Virus record (IMG/VR): IMGVR_UViG_3300030102_006261
Span: 1 to 64,000 of that record
Strand: one strand, 5' to 3'
Origin: a virus
DNA: 64,000 bases
Positions 8,121 through 16,000 of the stretch are shown one piece after another (position 1 is the stretch's first letter; every line of letters starts with the position of its first letter). The notes beneath the pieces are model-generated. The model was given only the letters and a program-made list of their open reading frames with translations, had not been told where the DNA came from and did no database searches. The position numbers and the translations under genes were made by a program.

Positions 8121-8379
8121 AACTAGAGAAGAAGCAATTCAAAGACTTTCAGCTAATGTGTGTGAAGTAATTTTTCGAAAAAAGACCACCGGAGATATGA
8201 GGGAAATGCAATGCACATTGGATCCTCAACATATGCCAATCGGAACTTTTCAGAGTCTTGGTAACTTGGACAGATACGAGCTTGAGTCTGATATAGTTCC
8301 TGTATGGGATATGGGTAAGAGCGCGTGGAGAAGTTTTGATATTAGAACCATCGTAAACTTCAATGAAATTAAAGAATAA
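8110..8379 (+). CDS. WYL_2/DUF2693-like (T4 61.1-type) SH3/Sm-barrel protein
   Basis: F.KK..G..R.M.CTL ... VWD..K.AWRSF motif. Confidence 0.75.
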   Translation: MIPRTREEAIQRLSANVCEVIFRKKTTGDMREMQCTLDPQHMPIGTFQSLGNLDRYELESDIVPVWDMGKSAWRSFDIRTIVNFNEIKE

Positions 8380-8399
8380 ATAGTAATGTAGGAGATATT

Positions 8400-8573
8400 A
8401 TGAGTTCTTATGGTGATCAATATGTAGATGATCTGATCGAAGCAGCAGAGGGTGTTGTTCTTGGTTACGAAAAATATCTATTGGATAAGCTTGACTATAA
8501 TGAATTAGCTGGTATCATGAAAACCCTAAGAGAACTTCTTCCATTTGAAAATTATGATCGAGAAAGTGAATAA
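8400..8573 (+). CDS. Hypothetical 57-aa protein
   Basis: Not in ORF track; AGGAG RBS, AATAAATA upstream; MSSYGDQYVDDLIEAAEG...; TAATG coupling. Confidence 0.65.
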   Translation: MSSYGDQYVDDLIEAAEGVVLGYEKYLLDKLDYNELAGIMKTLRELLPFENYDRESE

Positions 8574-8824
8574 TGCAATTCAGACTACACATTGACATCC
8601 CTCTTGGAACTGATGAAACAGAGGCAACAAAAAAAGCAGAGTATTACATGAACTTTTGTTTCTCTGATGATGATGCGAGGGAGAGGCTTCGGAATAATTT
8701 TAAAATCGAACAAGTTAATTATAGACTTGGACACGACGAAGATCGACAAAAGTCAAATTACTTGAACAAGACAGAAAGCGGTCACGTAACAAACAAAAAA
8801 ATACGCCTACTCCTTTCGGACTGA
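8573..8824 (+). CDS. Hypothetical protein
   Basis: Translationally coupled ORF. Confidence 0.65.
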   Translation: MQFRLHIDIPLGTDETEATKKAEYYMNFCFSDDDARERLRNNFKIEQVNYRLGHDEDRQKSNYLNKTESGHVTNKKIRLLLSD

Positions 8825-8831
8825 TTAATCA

Positions 8832-8904
8832 GGGCCGGACGCGGATGGCATTAGCAGCACCGCTTATAACGGTGTCCTCGTGGGTTCGAGTCCCACCCGG
8901 CTCA
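8832..8904 (+). tRNA. tRNA-Ile(UAU), atypical D-arm, no encoded CCA
   Basis: Acceptor GGGCCGG/CCGGCTC, anticodon arm CACCG-CTTATAA-CGGTG, T arm GTGGG-TTCGAGT-CCCAC. Confidence 0.8.
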
Positions 8905-8906
8905 TT

Positions 8907-9434
8907 ATGATAGAAACTGTAGCAAAACTAATCTTACTAAGTTTCATAATTTTTTATGTTATAGATTTTTCTTTACATGCAGTTTCTGAATACAATAGCT
9001 TCCCATTTAAAAACTTGAGAAAACGTTATCATACCAGCAAGTTTTATTACTTTTATAGAAAAACTGGGATATGGGGTGGTGCAGGAATGTTTTGCCCCGG
9101 AACTAGAGTAAGATATTTTCATTATGTGATTACAAATGAAAACAACAAAACTTTGCTGGATTTCCCGCACTACAAAAAATTACCATACCCCCTACAGATA
9201 TGGTATTTTAGATGGAGAAGACTTGGTTATGTTGGAATACAACACAAGAAATCTTTAATAAGAAATTTTGCCATCCAGAATGGGGTTAGGAACAAATACA
9301 AGTTGTTCGAAACAGTATACCATTCTCAATATATGGATTATGACGGGACCATAGTGCCTGCGAAAGTAAGGAAGTACATTACTCGCTGGCCTTCGGAGAA
9401 AAAGACAAAGGATACCGGTGACTCTGGTGATTGA
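8907..9434 (+). CDS. Membrane-anchored HTTM-partner protein (SdpA/DUF5819-like)
   Basis: N-terminal TM; GIWGGAGMFCP resembles W..F.P motif; overlaps HTTM gene; start moved out of tRNA. Confidence 0.5.
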   Translation: MIETVAKLILLSFIIFYVIDFSLHAVSEYNSFPFKNLRKRYHTSKFYYFYRKTGIWGGAGMFCPGTRVRYFHYVITNENNKTLLDFPHYKKLPYPLQIWYFRWRRLGYVGIQHKKSLIRNFAIQNGVRNKYKLFETVYHSQYMDYDGTIVPAKVRKYITRWPSEKKTKDTGDSGD

Positions 9435-10263
9435 TACAATAGACACATATTTTTTCTCCGAAGTCGATCCTTTTCCTTACGCAGTATTAAGAATTGCAAT
9501 TGGAATTTTGTATTTTCTAACTGCATTAGATTTTATAGTATCTTACGACATATGCGCCCCGACAGAGGAGGGTGGATACTACAACAGTAGGCGTATTTCA
9601 ATTTGGAATGTGCCAAATATATTTAAAACGTTTAACTGTCCATTTTGGTTATACATTCTTCTTTACTTTATTTGTAGTATAGCAATTACCATAGGATTTT
9701 TTTCTACTACATTTTTCATTTTAATTCTTTACTTGGTGATCAGTAAACGAGCTTTCATGAATGAAGTTCACTGTGGTAGTGATCAACTATTGCAATATTT
9801 TTCTCTTTGGATGATATTTGCAAATTCAGATCAAACGTTATCGGTAATGTCACTATTATTTGAAAACCAAGATGGTGTTTGTCTCGCGTACGCGGGTAGA
9901 TGCATGACGATTAATTTTGCCATGTTTTATTCTTTATCTGTTATAGCTAAACTGCAAGGGAGAGACTGGAGAAGTGGTGTTGCGGTGTGGAATGCCATGA
10001 ATTTCCCAGATAGACATTGCTGGAAGTGGCCAGTAAATTTTTTATCTGACAAAATTTTTCTTGCAAAATTCTCAACATACTTTGTATTATTCTTTGAGGG
10101 TACAGCTATTGTTGGATTCGTCTATAAACCACTCATACCCGTATGGGCTACTGCACTCTTTATGATGCACCTTGGAATAGAGATAACTATGTTTGTTGGT
10201 TTATTTGGGTGGATGGCTTGTACTTTTTTAACTTTCCTTTTTTTAACTTACTTGTATTGGTGA
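9418..10263 (+). CDS. HTTM-domain polytopic membrane protein (SdpB / vitamin K-dependent carboxylase-like TM domain)
   Basis: LRIAIG, KLQG.DW.SG.A, FFEG, MHLGI..TM.VG.F motifs; multiple TM helices. Confidence 0.7.
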   Translation: MTLVIDTIDTYFFSEVDPFPYAVLRIAIGILYFLTALDFIVSYDICAPTEEGGYYNSRRISIWNVPNIFKTFNCPFWLYILLYFICSIAITIGFFSTTFFILILYLVISKRAFMNEVHCGSDQLLQYFSLWMIFANSDQTLSVMSLLFENQDGVCLAYAGRCMTINFAMFYSLSVIAKLQGRDWRSGVAVWNAMNFPDRHCWKWPVNFLSDKIFLAKFSTYFVLFFEGTAIVGFVYKPLIPVWATALFMMHLGIEITMFVGLFGWMACTFLTFLFLTYLYW

Positions 10264-10267
10264 ATAT

Positions 10268-11101
10268 ATGAAAAATAAAATTATTGGTGTTGTAGGTAAT
10301 GGCTTTGTTGGTAACGCTGTTGCCATGGGATTTAAGGGTGTTGGTGCGGAGGTTCGCGTGTATGATAAGGATCCAAGTAGATCTCCTAATACGCTAGATG
10401 AAACGATGCAGTCGGATTTTATTTTTGTGTGTCTTCCGACTCCGATGAAGAGTGCTGAAGGTGGAGATGTTGATCTTACAATTCTCACTGAATTTTTTAA
10501 TCAGCCTGATTTGAATAAGGATCCGATCTATATCATCAAGTCAACTGTCCCTGTTGGAACGACTTGGAAGATGGCTCTTAGTAGTGGGGCAAATGTTGTA
10601 CACAACCCAGAGTTTCTGACCGCAGCGAATGCCGAGGAAGATTTCATCAACGCAGAAAGAACTGTGATTGGTGGAAACCATGTGTGGACTTCCCCTGTTG
10701 CTGATTTGTACAAGACTTACTGGCCGGACACTCCAGTCATTACAGTCGCTTCTAACGCATCCGAAATGATTAAGTATACTGCGAATAGTTTTCTTGCACT
10801 TAAAGTGTCATTCTTTAACATGATGTTTGATTATTGCCAACGAATCGGTATTAATTATTCGGATGTATTGTCTGGAGTTTGCACTGACAGCAGAATTGGA
10901 TCTTCACACACTCAGGTGCCTGGACCTGATGGTGATCGTGGATATGGTGGAACGTGTTTCCCGAAAGATATCAACGCAATGAAGGAAATGTTCTTGCAAG
11001 CTGGATTGAACTGTGATATACTCGCTGACTCATGGGACTATAACAAACTTATTAGAGAAAACTGGGATTGGGCTAACAATCCCTCAGCAGTGAGTTCATA
11101 A
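10268..11101 (+). CDS. ugd: UDP-glucose/GDP-mannose 6-dehydrogenase family (short form)
   Basis: GNGFVG, CLPTP, KSTVP.GT, NPEFL, catalytic GYGGTCFPKD. Confidence 0.9.
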   Translation: MKNKIIGVVGNGFVGNAVAMGFKGVGAEVRVYDKDPSRSPNTLDETMQSDFIFVCLPTPMKSAEGGDVDLTILTEFFNQPDLNKDPIYIIKSTVPVGTTWKMALSSGANVVHNPEFLTAANAEEDFINAERTVIGGNHVWTSPVADLYKTYWPDTPVITVASNASEMIKYTANSFLALKVSFFNMMFDYCQRIGINYSDVLSGVCTDSRIGSSHTQVPGPDGDRGYGGTCFPKDINAMKEMFLQAGLNCDILADSWDYNKLIRENWDWANNPSAVSS

Positions 11102-11688
11102 TGAATATTTTCGTACTTGATGAGGATCCTAAAGTCGCTGCTAGAATGCAATGCGACAAGCATGTGGTCAAAATGATCGTGGAGAGTGCTCAGATGCTAT
11201 GCACTACCCACAGGTATCTTGATGGCAAAGAATGGATTGATCGCAGTAAGAACGGAAGAAAGATCACACGATGGGATCACTGGTCCGATTACGCAGATGC
11301 CTGCTATCGTCCAATGTTGTACAAGTCAGTGATGCTCAATCATCCATGTACGATCTGGACATGTAAGAGTTTGGATAATTACGACTGGCATGTAGAACAT
11401 GCTCTGGAACTCTGTGCAGAATATGATCGAAGGTATCGTAAGATCCATGCTACCGAAAAGATTCTTCGGTGGTGTAAAAAGTATTCGCCGAGGAACTCGA
11501 ATAGAAGACAACTCAGCAAGGGTCTGACTCCGTTTGCACAGGCAATGCCTGATCACTACAAAGTCAGTGGTGATGCTGTTCAAGCATATCGTAATTATTA
11601 TATTGGGGACAAGGCTCGGTTCGCAAAATGGAAGGAACCGAGCCTTGTCCCAGAGTGGTTTAATGTTAATGTAGCGGTTTGTGCTTAA
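11101..11688 (+). CDS. Pyrimidine dimer DNA glycosylase / DenV-related protein
   Basis: MNIF.LD.DP..AA...CDKHVVKM..E.AQML, HPC..W, AYR.YY motifs. Confidence 0.8.
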   Translation: MNIFVLDEDPKVAARMQCDKHVVKMIVESAQMLCTTHRYLDGKEWIDRSKNGRKITRWDHWSDYADACYRPMLYKSVMLNHPCTIWTCKSLDNYDWHVEHALELCAEYDRRYRKIHATEKILRWCKKYSPRNSNRRQLSKGLTPFAQAMPDHYKVSGDAVQAYRNYYIGDKARFAKWKEPSLVPEWFNVNVAVCA

Positions 11689-11695
11689 CCACCAC

Positions 11696-12379
11696 CTACG
11701 GTGCCATGTATAACCACATACCACCCTGTTCATGTTTTGTATATTCAGGGTTTATTTCATGTATGATATTATCTATTTCGTGTCCATCCACCTCGTATTT
11801 TCCAAACTTTCCTATGTCATCAATAATTATAATTGATGTCTTTGTTGCATGTTTTTTAATAATGTTCAATTCTTTGATTATAGGAAATTCCGAACCCTCT
11901 TCAGAATATGTATTAATGCCATTATGAGAGTGTATGTGACCATCGAGGAAGAAAAGACAATCTTGATTTTTCATGACATCTATGATTTCATCACTTGCAA
12001 AGAAATCAATAGAAGAACTATGGTATAAGTTTACCGTCTTGTTCCATCCACCACCGCTCTTCTTGTACCACTCACAAGCCCATGCATATCTGGCTCGTCG
12101 CTTTTGCCCCTTGTTCGGAAACTTCTTTTTTGCCGCAATCATTGCTCTAGACCAGAGTTCGGGATTATCTTTATTAAATCTCGTATCACAATGTATCGTA
12201 AAAGTGTCATCTATATCAACACTATAAATCTTATCAAATCCGTGTTCTAATGCCCATTCAATACTATCGCCCAGATATGAACCACTTTCTATGAAGGTGT
12301 CTGGAAATGTTGTTTCTTTTAGTATGGGTAGTCTGTTAAGTACACTTTTATTTTGATATTGCTTCTTGGTATCGCTCAT
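11696..12379 (-). CDS. Class I SAM-dependent methyltransferase-like protein with inserted basic domain
   Basis: FIESGSYLG, IYSVDID, FFLDGH, IIIDD; GGAGGG RBS before MSDTKK. Confidence 0.65.
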   Translation of the reverse strand: MSDTKKQYQNKSVLNRLPILKETTFPDTFIESGSYLGDSIEWALEHGFDKIYSVDIDDTFTIHCDTRFNKDNPELWSRAMIAAKKKFPNKGQKRRARYAWACEWYKKSGGGWNKTVNLYHSSSIDFFASDEIIDVMKNQDCLFFLDGHIHSHNGINTYSEEGSEFPIIKELNIIKKHATKTSIIIIDDIGKFGKYEVDGHEIDNIIHEINPEYTKHEQGGMWLYMAP

Positions 12380-12429
12380 TGACCCTCCACCGAAGACTTG
12401 TGAAATTCCATCCTCACAAGTAGTCAATA

Positions 12430-13560
12430 TTAAGACTTCTTTTTCTTCCATCCACCGCCGCGCTTCTTGTACCACTTAGAAGCCCATGCGTTAGCGTATG
12501 CAGAAGGATAAACATCAAATTTCTTTTTAGCCGCAGCTTTTGCTCGGGACCAAAGTTCTGGGTTGGTTGGAACGTTCTTTGATGCTTCAGTGATGAATTC
12601 AACAAAGCTTGGGATAACACTTTCACTGTGGACTTTTTGAACTTCAAAGTCAGCTTGTAGTGATGCGTCTTTGTGAGCTTTGAATGACTTTGGTGCGTGT
12701 TTCATAAGTTTATACTCATTGGCACCTTTTTTCATCCAGTGAAATCCCTCTGGTGCTTTAACTTTTTTCTTCTCTTCGTGTAAGTAATCTTCATTCATCT
12801 TTTTTGTTTTCCTTTTCATTTTTTCAATGTAAGTTCTGTAAACTTTTGCTGGGGCTGTTTTGTTTGCCGCCTTTGCTCTCTGCTCCATCGCAATGGCAGC
12901 CTGTATTTTATGGGCGTGTTTCTTACCCGATCCCTCGATTTTACTTACCGATTTTCTTGCATCAGTTTCTGTTGCAAATTTTAGCCCGTGAATTGTGCCT
13001 TTGGGATTTTCATCTGTGTAAAGATCCGAGTGCTTTTTAGAATTTGCGGGTTGTCCCTTTTTGCGAGGAATTCTTTTTGCTTCAAGAATAGCCTCTTTTA
13101 GTTTTTTCTTTTTAGCTGCACCAGTCGCAACATTTATCGGCTTCTTACCTTTACCCTTTCGAGTTTCACCTTTTTCGCCTTTACCCTTTTTGGGATCACC
13201 AGCTTTTGACTGTGCTCTTCGTTTTCTCTTTACAAAGGCAGCCCTTCCTGATTTCCCTAATTTGGCTGCTTTCTCGGCAGACAGACAAGCAGCGTAACCT
13301 TCGCCCTCTTTGGCGTCACCACATTTACCAATCTTCTCTCCCTTGGTATTGTATCGATCCCATCCACCTTTAGTTGTCCCACCACCGCCACCTTTACCAA
13401 ACCACTTACCGAGTCCAGAATCTTTGTATACTTCGTTTAGTTTCTTTTTTCTGCCCTGACAGTGTGCCCTTTGACTAAACCCCTTGGGATTGTCACAGTC
13501 TATAGACTTCTTATACTTGTCCGACCATTTTCTCTCTGTGATATATTCAAAAAATAACAT
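12430..13560 (-). CDS. Basic multi-module internal head polyprotein
   Basis: MLFFEYITE start with GGAG RBS and CTAAATA late-like promoter; modules separated by LNE, ILE, LHE, FITE. Confidence 0.7.
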   Translation of the reverse strand: MLFFEYITERKWSDKYKKSIDCDNPKGFSQRAHCQGRKKKLNEVYKDSGLGKWFGKGGGGGTTKGGWDRYNTKGEKIGKCGDAKEGEGYAACLSAEKAAKLGKSGRAAFVKRKRRAQSKAGDPKKGKGEKGETRKGKGKKPINVATGAAKKKKLKEAILEAKRIPRKKGQPANSKKHSDLYTDENPKGTIHGLKFATETDARKSVSKIEGSGKKHAHKIQAAIAMEQRAKAANKTAPAKVYRTYIEKMKRKTKKMNEDYLHEEKKKVKAPEGFHWMKKGANEYKLMKHAPKSFKAHKDASLQADFEVQKVHSESVIPSFVEFITEASKNVPTNPELWSRAKAAAKKKFDVYPSAYANAWASKWYKKRGGGWKKKKS

Positions 13561-13568
13561 GAGAACTA

Positions 13569-13596
13569 TTGACTCCATGGGATATTTAGTTACAAT
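13569..13596 (+). promoter_or_regulatory. Sigma70-type promoter TTGACT-16-TACAAT for tRNA-Lys operon
   Basis: Overlaps divergent late-like CTAAATA (13589-13583). Confidence 0.75.
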
Positions 13597-13612
13597 ATGT
13601 AGGAAATCAAAC

Positions 13613-13685
13613 GCCTCCGTAGCTCAGTTGGTAGAGCAATCGGCTTTTAACCGATTGGTCGTTGGTTCGAGTCCAACCGGGGGTA
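13613..13685 (+). tRNA. tRNA-Lys(UUU)
   Basis: Canonical cloverleaf, ATCGG-CTTTTAA-CCGAT; no CCA. Confidence 0.95.
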
Positions 13686-13691
13686 TTTATT

Positions 13692-13901
13692 ATGAAACAG
13701 TATATGAAAACCACTCACACGGATAATTCACAGAAAGTCTTTTTCAAAGACGGTGTGACTCCCCGATGTCTTGATTTGACATCCTCAGAGCTAACTGATA
13801 TTGTAAACGAAAAGATTAATTTACTCCAAGGAGAAATTGATATGTGGAAAGAATTGTTGACTAATCAAAAGGATTGGATTGATGCCAAAAAGAGTTCTTG
13901 A
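13692..13901 (+). CDS. Hypothetical protein (69 aa)
   Basis: ATG 6 nt after tRNA discriminator. Confidence 0.55.
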   Translation: MKQYMKTTHTDNSQKVFFKDGVTPRCLDLTSSELTDIVNEKINLLQGEIDMWKELLTNQKDWIDAKKSS

Positions 13902-14064
13902 CAAGTTTGATCTGGAGGCAGAACGAGAGGGTTCTGCAATGAAGAAGCATACTGTTCTCCGCGTTGGGTGGGGTAAGGGTATTACAAAGCAACGTAACAT
14001 GCACAAGCGTGGCGATGAAATTCAGACCACTCGTGTGGTGAATCGACTCGGAACATTTAAGTGA
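13882..14064 (+). CDS. Small basic hypothetical protein
   Basis: AGGA RBS; GTGA coupling to next gene. Confidence 0.55.
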   Translation: MPKRVLDKFDLEAEREGSAMKKHTVLRVGWGKGITKQRNMHKRGDEIQTTRVVNRLGTFK

Positions 14065-14528
14065 AAGAATTTGATTACACACTAGATTATGACACACTCA
14101 ACTTCAAGAAAAACCCGGAATTGTACCGCATCGGGCGGGGGGAACAAGGCGTGTTGCTTGTCGAACCCTACAAATCGGAGATCTGCAAACACTGGAGGTT
14201 TCGCACCCCAGAAATCGCCCGAAAGTCTGCTGACAAAATTAGCTCAATGTTCCATAGCTATCTCGCTATGGGGGATTTTGTTGGTGCTGATATGGCACGT
14301 AAGTTCCTGATGATGGGATGGACACGCGCTCGTCGCTATGCCAATCACCGATCAGGAAAAAAGTATGATGACAACGGAAATGTGAAGCCACAAGAGGTAG
14401 ATCATTGGACCTGTGATAAAGCAGAATCTGCTAGAATATTCAAGGAAGCGTATGATTCTGCTAGACAAAACCCAGATTATAAGGTAATGTATAAAGCATG
14501 GAGGAAACAAGAAAATGTTTTGCATTGA
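14061..14528 (+). CDS. DUF4385 family protein
   Basis: YRIGRGEQGVLLVEPYKSEI..HWRF.TP, DMARKFL.MG.TRARRYANH. Confidence 0.85.
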   Translation: MKEFDYTLDYDTLNFKKNPELYRIGRGEQGVLLVEPYKSEICKHWRFRTPEIARKSADKISSMFHSYLAMGDFVGADMARKFLMMGWTRARRYANHRSGKKYDDNGNVKPQEVDHWTCDKAESARIFKEAYDSARQNPDYKVMYKAWRKQENVLH

Positions 14529-14724
14529 CTGTGGTAATGAGATCCCTGAGATTCGTCTTGAGTTTTGCCCTGATACTGACTATTGCATTAGTTGTGTTGA
14601 TAAACACTCAGAACCTGTGGTGGCTCGTATGATCTACAACCATAAAACTGCTGGTGAAGTCTTTATCGCTAAGGGTAAGGAAAATTGTCGAATCCTCGAA
14701 CGAGAATATGTGAGGGGTCGATGA
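14515..14724 (+). CDS. TraR/DksA C4-type zinc finger protein
   Basis: CIDCG.EIPE.RLE..P.T.YCISC; GGAGG RBS. Confidence 0.8.
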   Translation: MFCIDCGNEIPEIRLEFCPDTDYCISCVDKHSEPVVARMIYNHKTAGEVFIAKGKENCRILEREYVRGR

Positions 14725-15044
14725 CAAGCAGGAAGATTGATTGGGGCTATACTAAGCCTATGACAGATGTAGAGAAGAAGTGTGCGAATCAACAACAATA
14801 CGCAGTCACATGCGTTATTGTCATAACTGGATTCAACATCATGTATGGCGCACTTATGGTATATAAAGTTGTTCCCGTTTGGTTGGGGATGATTCTTGCC
14901 TTTCTTACCATGGGAATCGTTGCACTAAAGGCACGAAGAGATCTCTTGGATGAAGGTGAAACCCTAACTGAATCACCTGAACACTTCCGCACACGAATGC
15001 ATCAGAAAAATTTGGAAAAGGGTATTGACAACAACGGAATCTGA
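14721..15044 (+). CDS. Two-TM membrane protein
   Basis: Two hydrophobic helices; ATGA coupling. Confidence 0.6.
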   Translation: MTSRKIDWGYTKPMTDVEKKCANQQQYAVTCVIVITGFNIMYGALMVYKVVPVWLGMILAFLTMGIVALKARRDLLDEGETLTESPEHFRTRMHQKNLEKGIDNNGI

Positions 15045-15052
15045 TGTATAAT
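15025..15052 (+). promoter_or_regulatory. Sigma70-type promoter TTGACA-16-TATAAT
   Basis: Consensus hexamers at 15025-15030 and 15047-15052. Confidence 0.9.
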
Positions 15053-15065
15053 TAACGCATAAGCA

Positions 15066-15123
15066 AATCGGAAGCTGGTTAGATGCAACAGCTACCCCCG
15101 ATTAAATTAATTTTATGCATCTA
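15066..15123 (+). promoter_or_regulatory. Predicted H-type pseudoknot in 5' UTR
   Basis: Stems AATCGG/CCGATT and AGCTG/CAGCT; loop TAGATGCA (15080-87) complementary to TGCATCTA (15116-23). Confidence 0.65.
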
Positions 15124-15142
15124 CTGCAAAGGAGCGTTGGTA

Positions 15143-15412
15143 ATGACCAACACTATGACTAAGAAGCGGCGCGTAATCAACTATCTCGCGTCCGGTAAGG
15201 GCCTCACCGAGGCAGAAGCACGTAGCCGTTTTGGAGTTGCAAACCTCCGTGCTACCATCAGCGACATCCGTGACATGGTTGAAGCTCACGGTAACTGGGA
15301 GATCACCTCGGAGGCTACCTCCACCGGTAAGACCCGTTACTTCATGGAAGACACTCACCCCGGTGAGCGTTCCTACGGTTTCGACAACATGGGTCGTCGA
15401 TTCGCACTCTGA
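15143..15412 (+). CDS. Winged helix-turn-helix protein
   Basis: RVINYL.SGKGLT..EA..RFGV.NL.A.IS.IR; AAGGAG RBS; codon choice like gp23. Confidence 0.75.
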   Translation: MTNTMTKKRRVINYLASGKGLTEAEARSRFGVANLRATISDIRDMVEAHGNWEITSEATSTGKTRYFMEDTHPGERSYGFDNMGRRFAL

Positions 15413-15476
15413 TTCTTTTATAGATACTAGTGCAAAACGGTCTTGGTGAGATGTCAAATGCTCATCAAGCCTTCGA

Positions 15477-15535
15477 GAGAGTGCGGTGAAATATTTCTAG
15501 GAAGCGTCTGCCTAGCCCGCACTTTCTTTTTTTTT
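15477..15535 (+). terminator. Intrinsic terminator with nested hairpin
   Basis: GAGAGTGCGG/CCGCACTTTC enclosing CTAGG/CCTAG, then T9; extra hairpin at 15442-15469. Confidence 0.7.
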
Positions 15536-15546
15536 AAAGGACTATC

Positions 15547-15705
15547 ATGAGTACAGAAGAAGTTTACGAATTTTGTGTGCTTTGTGGACCTGAACAAGAC
15601 GCTCCACCTGATAATGATCAGTGGACAATGGTTATGTGCAGAAAATGTTCATACCAAGAATCACATGGTGTTGATCATTTAGAGCTAATACCAACGATTG
15701 AATAA
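15547..15705 (+). CDS. Small zinc-ribbon protein (52 aa)
   Basis: Not in ORF track; AAGGA RBS; CVLC...CRKC. Confidence 0.6.
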   Translation: MSTEEVYEFCVLCGPEQDAPPDNDQWTMVMCRKCSYQESHGVDHLELIPTIE

Positions 15706-15720
15706 ATTTCAATAAAGGGG

Positions 15721-15753
15721 TTGACAAACCCAACAGATCGAGTATAATACTCG
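15721..15753 (+). promoter_or_regulatory. Sigma70-type promoter TTGACA-16-TATAAT with inverted repeat over -10
   Basis: -35 at 15721-26, -10 at 15743-48; CGAGTA-TAA-TACTCG at 15739-15753. Confidence 0.9.
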
Positions 15754-15775
15754 TATGACAATTGAATAATAGAAT

Positions 15776-15991
15776 GAAGAGAGACTAATTACCTCTCTTC
15801 GGGACTCGCATAATAATCCTCTTGACTGGGGATAGTGCAATCTCTGAATGGTTTAGCGACCTGTTCCTTAGCGATGCAGAAATGCTTGCGGGATGATCCT
15901 TAGCGGGATGTGCAGAGATCTCTTAGTAGGGTACACTTCACTCGTACAGTCACCCGAAAAGTTCTGGTAATTACGACAATCCAGAGTCCCA
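15776..15991 (+). ncRNA. Unrecognised highly structured ncRNA (~200 nt) with repeated UUAG(CG) loops
   Basis: Own promoter and terminator, no ORF; nested stems GGGAC/GTCCC, TGACTG/CAGTCA, AGTG/CACT, ATCTCTG/CAGAGAT, TCTGG/CCAGA. Confidence 0.75.
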
Positions 15992-16000
15992 TTGAACGAA

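Noticed and set aside
8880-8906. ORF-track starts inside tRNAs (8880; also 13662 and the 13484 and 16570-16890 ORFs)
   Set aside because: They overlap well-formed tRNA cloverleaves; downstream ATGs are preferred
12380-12475. N-terminal extension of the methyltransferase-like ORF
   Set aside because: Overlaps the upstream gene; GGAGGG RBS supports ATG 12379
15776-15991. Identification of the ncRNA as tmRNA, RNase P, 6S, CRISPR or a group I intron
   Set aside because: No tag ORF or TTCGA T-loop, no GAGGAAAGTCC, multibranched rather than rod-like, repeats only 4-6 nt, and no interrupted gene
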